A stretch of DNA of 64,000 bases, taken from an uncultured Armatimonadetes bacterium (GTDB lineage: Bacteria; Armatimonadota; UBA5829; DTJY01). Under the pieces are notes generated by a model. It was given only the letters and a program-made list of their open reading frames with translations, was not told the DNA's origin and ran no database searches. Shown one piece after another: positions 24,698 to 32,501 of this stretch (within the stretch, counting starts at the first letter, position 1; each line of letters starts with the position of its first letter). Made by a program: the position numbers and the translations under genes. The stretch spans positions 4,288,001 to 4,352,000 of the forward strand of contig OY970325.1 in NCBI GenBank assembly GCA_963717145.1, given 5' to 3'.

Positions 24698-27169
24698 ATG
24701 GATAGGGAGTCAAGCATGGGAAGGTACATACTACTTGTGTTGGCGCTGATGGTGCTGACCATGACCGTGACCGCATTCGGCCAGGAAACCCAGGTCGATC
24801 GGTACACAATCGACGACTTCGAGAAGATCAGCGGATGGTCCACGATCAACGGCGGGAAGATCGGCTCGAGCGATGTCGTCGTCAAGCAGGGCGAGAAGTC
24901 GCTCAAGTGGACTGCGCAGATCATCAAGCCGCGCAACTCGCTCACCGGCATCGAGAAGCGCAAGCTTGGTCTGCCGGTTCCGAATCTGGTGAGCATCCGG
25001 ATCTATCCCGAGCGGCCGCACGTCATCATCGGCCTCTCGGACTCGCAGGGCAACCGGGTGATCCAGAGCCCGGTGCGCGACCTCTTCCCCCGGCAGTGGA
25101 ACACGGTCAAGCTCTCCCCGAAGGCGATGCAGCCGGTCGGACGGGATGCCAAGCCGCTCACCGACCTCGACTCGATCTTCATCGGCACGGAGGACGGCGC
25201 GGGCGAGAACCCGGCTACCGGCGAGTACATCTTCTACATCGACGACCTGGCGGCCATCTACCCCGCCGGGACCGCCCCGAACCACGAGCAGGTTCCGAGC
25301 GAGGCGCTCTTCAAGGAAAAGCTCGAGATCGCCCGCGTGAGGCTCGGCAAGCTCGATGAACTGATGGTGAAGGCGGAGACCTCGAGCATCGACGTCTCCT
25401 ACCCGCGAGTCTCGCGCACGGTCGTCGGCCAGTTCATCGACTTCGCCGCGGCCGAGGCGCAGGAGGGCAAGCTGTCCAGGGCGCATAAACAGGCGGACTT
25501 CATCATCGAGTGCGCCAACCGCGCGATCGATGAGTTGCAGACGATGCTCGACGATCCGACGAAGCGCATCACGATGCCGAAGGTAGCGATGCAGAACATC
25601 ACCGCGAAGGACGGCGACTTCTACAGCGGCAACCGGCCCGTCGAGATGGTCGGGCTCTGCGGCTGGTGGGACAAGTCGTACTTCCCGACCGTCAAGGGCA
25701 CGGGCTTCAACGCCATCAGCATGGAGATCGGGCCGAGCGGGAGTCTGAAGCCCGATGAGACGCTGAACGAGGCGTCGATCGCCAAGGTGACGTCCATCCT
25801 CGACACCGCGAAGGAGCACAACATGGCGGTCGATCTGCTCCTCTCGCCGCACTACTTCCCCGATTGGGCCTACGCGAAGCACCCGACCGCCGATGCTGAC
25901 AGCGCGCGTCGGAATCGTGGCGGCTTCATGCCATGGGATGTGAGCGATCAGGGCTTCCGGGAGGTCGTCGAGAAGCATCTCGGCGCGGTGATCCCCAGGG
26001 TCCGAGATCATCCGTCTCTCCTCAGCTACGACCTCGTGAACGAGGCATGGTACGAGTTGATGGGCGACTTCTATCTCGGCGACTACGACAAATGGATGTC
26101 GGAGAGTCCCGGCGGCGACGACTCCTGGGTCTCGCTCTACGATTTCAACCGCGACCGCGTGACGGATTTCTTCCGCTGGTACACGGCGGCGGTTCATAAG
26201 CATGACGTCAGGCATCCCACCTGGGCGAAGATCATCGGGCTCGGCGAGGTCATGGGAGTCGACCGCGAGGCGATCGGCGACATCCTCGATGCGAACGGCA
26301 TGGACTGCTGGCCCCGGTATCCAGATCCGACCGGCCGGTACGCGCTCGATGTCTGGACACAGGCGATCATGCACGACACGTACCGCTCGTTCCAGCCGGA
26401 CAAGCCGGTGCTCGACGGCGAGTACCATATCATCTCCTACGGGAGCGTCGTGCCGGAGGGGTACGTTCGGACATGTCTGTGGAACGCTCACCTCCACGGG
26501 CGCGATTTCTCGGCGATATGGGTCTGGGGGCGCGATCTGGAGAACGACCTGAACAGCTTCTACACCCAGCCCTCAGCGGTCGAGGAAGCGGGTCGGACGG
26601 CGCTCGACCTCCAGCGGCTGGCGGAATACGTCGTCGAGTTTCCCCGGCAGAAGTCGGAGGTCGCGTTGTTCTATGGCGGCGCGGATTTCCAGCGGGCGTA
26701 CGAGGCGATGTACTTCCTCGACGCGCAGTTCGACCTGGTCTCCGAGCGGCGGATCGAGGCGGGGAAGTTGAGCGCGTACAAGCTGCTGGTGATCCCGGCG
26801 AACGTGAAGCTGAGCAGGCCGATCGAGAAGGCGGTCGAGTCGTTCCGCAGATCAGGGGGCGTGGTGTTCACATGCCGCGACATCCCCGGCCAGGATGAGA
26901 AGTACCTAAGCCGCGAGATCGAGACTCAGTACGGGCGGGCGAAGATCAACCGCCCGGTGCGCGCGGACAAGTGGGGAGTCGAGTGCCGGTCTGCGATGAT
27001 GCCCGGCGGCCGGTGCGCGTATCTGATCAACTACACGAAGAAGCCGGTGAAGGTGAGGCTCTCGGTCTCTCCGAAAGTCACCACCGCCCGCGACCTGATC
27101 ACCGGCCGCGAAACCGGCCTCGGCTTCTCTCTCGATCCGATGACGCCGATGCTGCTGGAGTTGCGTTGA
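24698..27169 (+). CDS. Secreted GH42-like beta-galactosidase with N-terminal accessory domain
   Basis: Signal peptide; HYFPDW, HPSLLSYDLVNE, KPVLDGEYH, C-terminal trimerisation-like region. Confidence 0.65.
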   Translation: MDRESSMGRYILLVLALMVLTMTVTAFGQETQVDRYTIDDFEKISGWSTINGGKIGSSDVVVKQGEKSLKWTAQIIKPRNSLTGIEKRKLGLPVPNLVSIRIYPERPHVIIGLSDSQGNRVIQSPVRDLFPRQWNTVKLSPKAMQPVGRDAKPLTDLDSIFIGTEDGAGENPATGEYIFYIDDLAAIYPAGTAPNHEQVPSEALFKEKLEIARVRLGKLDELMVKAETSSIDVSYPRVSRTVVGQFIDFAAAEAQEGKLSRAHKQADFIIECANRAIDELQTMLDDPTKRITMPKVAMQNITAKDGDFYSGNRPVEMVGLCGWWDKSYFPTVKGTGFNAISMEIGPSGSLKPDETLNEASIAKVTSILDTAKEHNMAVDLLLSPHYFPDWAYAKHPTADADSARRNRGGFMPWDVSDQGFREVVEKHLGAVIPRVRDHPSLLSYDLVNEAWYELMGDFYLGDYDKWMSESPGGDDSWVSLYDFNRDRVTDFFRWYTAAVHKHDVRHPTWAKIIGLGEVMGVDREAIGDILDANGMDCWPRYPDPTGRYALDVWTQAIMHDTYRSFQPDKPVLDGEYHIISYGSVVPEGYVRTCLWNAHLHGRDFSAIWVWGRDLENDLNSFYTQPSAVEEAGRTALDLQRLAEYVVEFPRQKSEVALFYGGADFQRAYEAMYFLDAQFDLVSERRIEAGKLSAYKLLVIPANVKLSRPIEKAVESFRRSGGVVFTCRDIPGQDEKYLSREIETQYGRAKINRPVRADKWGVECRSAMMPGGRCAYLINYTKKPVKVRLSVSPKVTTARDLITGRETGLGFSLDPMTPMLLELR

Positions 27170-27186
27170 CACCAAGGAGGAGTATC

Positions 27187-28173
27187 ATGCCCGAACCATT
27201 GATCAGAGAACTGAAATCGAGCCCGGTGATGACGCGATACCCGGGGAATCCGGTGCTGTCCAGGAAGGAGATCCCTTACAAGGCGAACCTGATATTCAAT
27301 GCCGGAGTGACCAAGTACCAGGGGAAGTACGTGATGGTCTTCCGCAACGACTACGGCGAGTTCGGGCCTCATCGGTTCGAGGGCACGAACCTGGGGCTCG
27401 CATACAGCGATGATGGGATCAAGTGGGAGGTTACCTCGAAGCCGTGCTGGGAACTCCAGGATGAGGAGATCAGTCGGGCATACGACCCGCGCCTGACGGT
27501 GATGGATGGCCGCGTCTACATGTGCTTTGCGGTCGATACCAGGCACGGCGTCCGTGGCGGGATCGCCGTCACCGACGACTTCGACCGGTTCGAGATCATC
27601 TCGATGTCAGTGCCCGACAACCGCAACATGGTGCTCTTCCCGGAGAAGATCGGCGGGATGTACGTCCGCCTGGAGCGGCCGTTCCCGGTCTACAGCCGGG
27701 GTGGGGAGCGCTTTGACGCGTGGATCTCCGACTCATGTGACCTGAAGTACTGGGGCAACTCGAACCTGCTGCTGGCGGTCGAGGACGTTCCGTTCGCCAA
27801 CACGAAGACCGGGCCCGCCGCGCCGCCGGTCAAGACGCCCAGGGGATGGCTGACGACGTTCCACGCGGTGGATTTCGATCCCTCGCGCGGGAAGAACGGC
27901 TGGGAGCCGGTGTGGAGGAAGCGCTACACGGCGGGGATCATGCTGCTCGACCTGGAGGACCCGTCGAAGGTGATCGGCCTCTACAAGGAGCCGCTGCTCG
28001 CGCCGGAGACGCCGTATGAGGTCGAGGAGGGATTCCGGACCAACGTGATCTTCCCCGGTGGGATGGTGCTCGAGGACTCGGGCGAGGTGAAGCTCTACTA
28101 CGGAGCAGCGGACACCGTCGAGTGCCTAGCGACGGCCGATGTTGCGGATCTCCTGGCCCTCTGCGGACAGTAG
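27187..28173 (+). CDS. GH130 glycosidase/phosphorylase
   Basis: AAGGAGG RBS; NPVL, FNAG, YDPR, NRNMVLFPEKIGG, V.FPGG, YYGAADT. Confidence 0.9.
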   Translation: MPEPLIRELKSSPVMTRYPGNPVLSRKEIPYKANLIFNAGVTKYQGKYVMVFRNDYGEFGPHRFEGTNLGLAYSDDGIKWEVTSKPCWELQDEEISRAYDPRLTVMDGRVYMCFAVDTRHGVRGGIAVTDDFDRFEIISMSVPDNRNMVLFPEKIGGMYVRLERPFPVYSRGGERFDAWISDSCDLKYWGNSNLLLAVEDVPFANTKTGPAAPPVKTPRGWLTTFHAVDFDPSRGKNGWEPVWRKRYTAGIMLLDLEDPSKVIGLYKEPLLAPETPYEVEEGFRTNVIFPGGMVLEDSGEVKLYYGAADTVECLATADVADLLALCGQ

Positions 28174-28224
28174 GAGCGCCGATGTCCTCATCGGCATTCA
28201 TGTGCGAGGAGATGCGCTCCTTGC

Positions 28225-29316
28225 TCAGAAATGCTGTGCTCTGCGGCGGCGGAATACGGGAAGCGAGGCCAGACCTCCAGCCAAAACGACGAGTGAGGAC
28301 GGCTCGGGGATGGGATCTGCGGTGTAGTGCCAGAGCATCGCATCGCCATCAGCCAAGCCAGCAACCCAGATCTCGTCGCTAGACACATCAACGCTCCAGG
28401 CCTGGGACTCTGAGTATGCTCCGGCGGGCAGAAGGGCATGCAGATCCATCCAGCTTCCGGCACTCCCCATCCACAGTCCGGCGTGAAACAAACCGCCAAA
28501 CGTGGCTATCCCCACCTGCCGGCCCTCGGCAACGCCATTGGCATAAGAATACTCCGCCCCTGCGGGGTTGAGGTCCACCCAACTCTCGGCAGTCCCGTTC
28601 CACAGTCCGGCGTGACCTGTGCCTGCAACCTCGGCGTAGCCCACCTGCTGGCCGCGCGAAACGCCCCTGACCTCCGAATCGAGCGACCCTGCGGGGTTGA
28701 GGTCCACCCAACTCTCGGCAGTCCCGTTCCACAGGCCAGCGTGAGGGTTATAGGACGTGCTGCCAAAGTTTGCGTATCCCACCTGCTGACCGGCGGAGAC
28801 TCCCCAGGCACTTGAATCTGTCGCCCCTGCAGGGTTGAGATCCACCCAGCTTCCGGCATTCCCGCTCCACAGACTAGCGTGCCAAAAGGTGCCAACGTCG
28901 ACAGCTCCCACCTGCTGGCCGCCGGAAACGGCCCAAGCGTACGAAGTGGGCGCCCCGACAGGATTGAGGTCCACCCAGCTTTCGGCAGTTCCGTTCCACA
29001 GCCCAGCGTGATCACCGGTGCCTGGAACGTAGGCTTGGCCCACCTGTTGGCCGTTGGAGACACCGTGGGCAAACGACCACGCCGCTCCTTCAGGGTTGAG
29101 ATCCACCCGGCTCTCGGGAGTCCCGTTCCACAAGGCGGCGTGATCGTCACCGTTCATGTAGACCCGCCCTACCTGCTCACCACGGGAGATACCATAGGCA
29201 TCTGACATTGTCGCCCCTGCAGGGTGAAGGCTGACGACAGTCCACCCCCCAAGTGCGGGGCCGCTGACCATGCACAGCAGCACAATCGCTGCCGTCAATG
29301 CAAGAAGCTTCTTCAT
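28225..29316 (-). CDS. PEP-CTERM surface protein with ~40-aa tandem repeats (beta-propeller-like)
   Basis: Signal peptide; repeats HAGLWNGTAESWVDLNP.G...S.A.GVS.GQQVG; C-terminal IPEPSS + TM + RRRR. Confidence 0.9.
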   Translation of the reverse strand: MKKLLALTAAIVLLCMVSGPALGGWTVVSLHPAGATMSDAYGISRGEQVGRVYMNGDDHAALWNGTPESRVDLNPEGAAWSFAHGVSNGQQVGQAYVPGTGDHAGLWNGTAESWVDLNPVGAPTSYAWAVSGGQQVGAVDVGTFWHASLWSGNAGSWVDLNPAGATDSSAWGVSAGQQVGYANFGSTSYNPHAGLWNGTAESWVDLNPAGSLDSEVRGVSRGQQVGYAEVAGTGHAGLWNGTAESWVDLNPAGAEYSYANGVAEGRQVGIATFGGLFHAGLWMGSAGSWMDLHALLPAGAYSESQAWSVDVSSDEIWVAGLADGDAMLWHYTADPIPEPSSLVVLAGGLASLPVFRRRRAQHF

Positions 29317-29522
29317 ATCTTATCCTCCCAGCCTGTGATGTCTGCTGCTCTTCGACAGCCTGACAGTGCCATGTTATCACTACTATGGTGATTATGCAAG
29401 GCGTGGACAAGAAACTGGTAGTTTTACCAGGTCACGCGGCTCAGCTTCCGATCCCCTGACGACTCCCGTCGTCGGGGCCGGCCATGACGACGGGAGTCGT
29501 CATGCGATCGAGGGATCCGGGG

Positions 29523-29727
29523 GGGTGCATTTCCACAGAGTGGGTCAGCCTCTCGTTATGCCACCAGAGTGGCTACTCGAGGAGAACGGTTGGGGGGTCT
29601 GCCAGTGTCCCAAGCCCCTTTGGGTGGTCTGCCGTGGGTCCATGGCCCAGAACCGTCTAGTCTCGAGTAGGTTTCTCTGCGAACCAGAACGAGAGACGGT
29701 CGCCACCCACTCCACTCGAATGCACCC
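29523..29727. mobile_element. MITE (GGGTGCATT...AATGCACCC ends) carrying a family C doublet, second copy
   Basis: Same ends and interior as 16034-16207; flanking 9-mers GATCCGGGG / GATCCGGGT (8/9 match). Confidence 0.7.
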
Positions 29728-29802
29728 GATCCGGGTCCCGCCGTTGACACGCTCCGGGCATGGTGCTACTATTGGGCAGACCTGTGGAAAAGCGAGGAAG
29801 CG

Positions 29803-30729
29803 GTGAGGAAGACAACAACCTGGAATCTGCTCTCGGGTGATTTCGTGCCCGGAAAACTGCGGCCACTGTACGCTCCGATCTATGCTCTGGTCAATGGCCT
29901 CCACAACAGCCATCCGTACGAGCAACTCGATGACAGGCTGGAGGTTCGTGACTTCGCGTGCGATTTGGAGAAGTACGGGTCGCAGTTCACCGCGGACACG
30001 ACGCCCAGCAGGCTGCTGTGCAACCTGTTCTGGCACGAACTCCCCTGGGCGAAGATCAAGCAGGAACTCGGCGAGATCCAGGTCCTGGACTCCGGATGCG
30101 GCGCGGGCAACTACGGTCCCACGCTAATGGAGTGGAGCGGCAATGCCATATCCTCGTACACCGGGCTCGACCTGTTCCCGAGAGACAATTGGAAGGCTCT
30201 GGAAGCGGAGAATCCGACCTTCAAGTTTCAGCAGTGCGAGGATAAGGACACATACAAGCACATCCCGCCGACCGCGAACTTTCTCATGTCGCAGTCGGCA
30301 ATCGAACACTTCAGGTACGATCTGGAGTTCTTCCGGCAGATCCGAGACCACGTGCATGCCTATGGGAAGTCCGCCGTGCAGGTACACCTGTTCCCGAGCA
30401 GCGCCTGTCTGAGGCTCTATGGCCCGCACGGATTCCGGCACTACACTCCCAGAACGGTCTCGATGATCACGCGCCTGTTCGACGAGCGCTCCCATGCCGT
30501 CCTCTACGGACTCGGAGGCCGGGAATGCAATGACCTCCACTACGAGTTCATCACTCGTCCATCGAGCGTCTGGCGGCCCGGCGATCTGCGGGACCAGAAG
30601 CCTCAGGAGTACGTGAAGCGGCTCCGGTCGGCGGTCGAGGCTGACTTCAAGGATCCCGGAAGGGATCCCGCATTCTGGGCACTTGTGATTCACACGAATC
30701 CGGCCATCAAGTTGTTCGGCTCCGAGTGA
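29803..30729 (+). CDS. Class I SAM-dependent methyltransferase
   Basis: VLDSGCGAG, YTGLD, SQSAIEH. Confidence 0.75.
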   Translation: MRKTTTWNLLSGDFVPGKLRPLYAPIYALVNGLHNSHPYEQLDDRLEVRDFACDLEKYGSQFTADTTPSRLLCNLFWHELPWAKIKQELGEIQVLDSGCGAGNYGPTLMEWSGNAISSYTGLDLFPRDNWKALEAENPTFKFQQCEDKDTYKHIPPTANFLMSQSAIEHFRYDLEFFRQIRDHVHAYGKSAVQVHLFPSSACLRLYGPHGFRHYTPRTVSMITRLFDERSHAVLYGLGGRECNDLHYEFITRPSSVWRPGDLRDQKPQEYVKRLRSAVEADFKDPGRDPAFWALVIHTNPAIKLFGSE

Positions 30730-30742
30730 GATCGCTCTCCGG

Positions 30743-31213
30743 TCACTGGCGCTTAGCGTATATCTCTTTCACGGTCCGGTTCGCCTGCTCGATCCACTGC
30801 CGGATCGTCGCCTCGGGCACGTTCCACTGCTTCGAGGTCGCCGGGACGTCGATGTCCTCGTAGCCTTCAGCCGGAGTGCTTCGCGGGCTCTCGATCCACT
30901 TGCCGGACTCTGGATCGAACCGGAAGAGGTTCACGAAGTACTCGCTGTCTTTGTAGCCGATCACCGTCACCCCGAAGTGCGCGCCCTCGTGGTCATGCAG
31001 CTTGTCATAGTCCAGCGTGCAGCCGGGGTTCTTCTCGCATTCCGACCGCGCGTCTGCCACGAATGCCTTCCAACTCTCCGCGGCGATGACAATCGGCTTC
31101 TGCGCCTCCGGTCTGGGGGCAGGCTGCTGCACAGATGTTGGCGGCGGCTGGCAGCCGGAGAGGATGAGAACGACAAGCGCCGCGCCGAGGCATGTGTTCA
31201 TCGTGGATCGCAT
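30743..31213 (-). CDS. Hypothetical lipoprotein
   Basis: Lipobox ILSGC after a hydrophobic stretch. Confidence 0.75.
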   Translation of the reverse strand: MRSTMNTCLGAALVVLILSGCQPPPTSVQQPAPRPEAQKPIVIAAESWKAFVADARSECEKNPGCTLDYDKLHDHEGAHFGVTVIGYKDSEYFVNLFRFDPESGKWIESPRSTPAEGYEDIDVPATSKQWNVPEATIRQWIEQANRTVKEIYAKRQ

Positions 31214-31222
31214 GATCTCCCC

Positions 31223-32497
31223 CTACTCGATGATGATGTTGGCGGCAAGCGTTCCATCGCCCGCATGGGGCTTGCAGATGGCCGCAAGCTCCTCCCGGAT
31301 GCGGGCGATCTCCTTGGCCGGCCTCTTGTCGAGGATCGCCTTCCTGAGCTTGAACGCGCCCGCCACATAGTCCGGCTGCCACGAGAGCTTTCCGACCGCC
31401 CATTTCGCCTCAGGGGTATCCGCGAGCCCGACCGCCTCGCTCATCAGTTTGCGCGTCTCATCGATCAGCGGCTCGAGAGGCGCGAGCGCGTCGGGCGTGG
31501 GGCTTTCCGGTGTCAATGCCCCGAGGGAAATCCTGGTCGCCGCCGAGTTGTACTTCTTCATGGCATCGGCAGACGCGCCGAACCGTGCCCTGAGGTACGC
31601 GTCGTACCACTTCCCCGCATCGAGCTTCTTGTCCCACGAGGCCTTTGCGAACACGAGATGGTGAACCTCCCGCGCGAGCCAGTCGCTCGGCGCGCACCGA
31701 CTGCTCGTGCCGATCTCGCCGGCCGCCTGCCGATGGGCTATCTCCTGCGCGATCTGCTCCGGCACGATCACAGGCAGCGACCGCCAACTTCCCTTGTCGG
31801 CGTCGGGCGTGGTCTCCGGCTTTCCAACTTCCAGCCGGAGGCCAAGCTTTTCGATCAGCGCTAAGCTCCAAGCCTTCGTCAACTCGTGTGTATCGTCGCG
31901 GAGCACGAGAGTGTTCTGACGGTTCTTCACCATCCAGTCCAAAATCGCCGGGCCGTTCGACTCCGTGTACGAGCCGCCGGGGTCTTGTTGGCGATGCTTC
32001 ATCACGGGTCGGACGAGCACGTCGATGGACGTCGCGGTGAAGCTCGGTCTCAGGGGAACGAACTCGCTGTGACCCTTCATCGGGCCCGCACCCGGGGCGA
32101 ACCACCGGCAGCCCTCGCGCTCGAGGAAGTCATAGACCGCAAAGAGAGTCCCTCTGGGCATCGCGCCCTTGAGGACCATGTTTCCACGGTCTGCCGTGAC
32201 GCGGTAGGAGTCGTCGCCCTCGAAGCGCGATGAGACGACTCGGTGCTTGGCGAGGTCACAGTCGCCGACCGCGATCCACGGCGACGCGCCCGCGTCGGTG
32301 CCGATCGGGAGCTTCGCGCCGGTCATGAGCTGCAGGTACTTCTGAAGCTCCTCGGCGGCATACCGCTCGGTCGGATCAGCCGCCGGACCGATCACGATCA
32401 CGAAGGCGGACTTCCCCTCGACCGCCACTTTCGGCGGGGCCGCGAATGCCATACTGGAGAGCAAGAGTGCAATCAGAATGAGAATGGCGCGTTTCAT
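31223..32497 (-). CDS. Secreted DUF4838-like protein, apparently internally shortened
   Basis: YAAEELQKYL..MTGA.LPI, RGTLFAVYDFLE..GCRWF.PG, LDWM.KNR.N. Confidence 0.6.
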   Translation of the reverse strand: MKRAILILIALLLSSMAFAAPPKVAVEGKSAFVIVIGPAADPTERYAAEELQKYLQLMTGAKLPIGTDAGASPWIAVGDCDLAKHRVVSSRFEGDDSYRVTADRGNMVLKGAMPRGTLFAVYDFLEREGCRWFAPGAGPMKGHSEFVPLRPSFTATSIDVLVRPVMKHRQQDPGGSYTESNGPAILDWMVKNRQNTLVLRDDTHELTKAWSLALIEKLGLRLEVGKPETTPDADKGSWRSLPVIVPEQIAQEIAHRQAAGEIGTSSRCAPSDWLAREVHHLVFAKASWDKKLDAGKWYDAYLRARFGASADAMKKYNSAATRISLGALTPESPTPDALAPLEPLIDETRKLMSEAVGLADTPEAKWAVGKLSWQPDYVAGAFKLRKAILDKRPAKEIARIREELAAICKPHAGDGTLAANIIIE

Positions 32498-32501
32498 GGT
32501 G

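Noticed and set aside
28225-29316. Diversity-generating retroelement template/variable repeat pair in the PEP-CTERM gene
   Set aside because: The near-identical segments are in-frame protein repeats, and there is no reverse transcriptase in the window.
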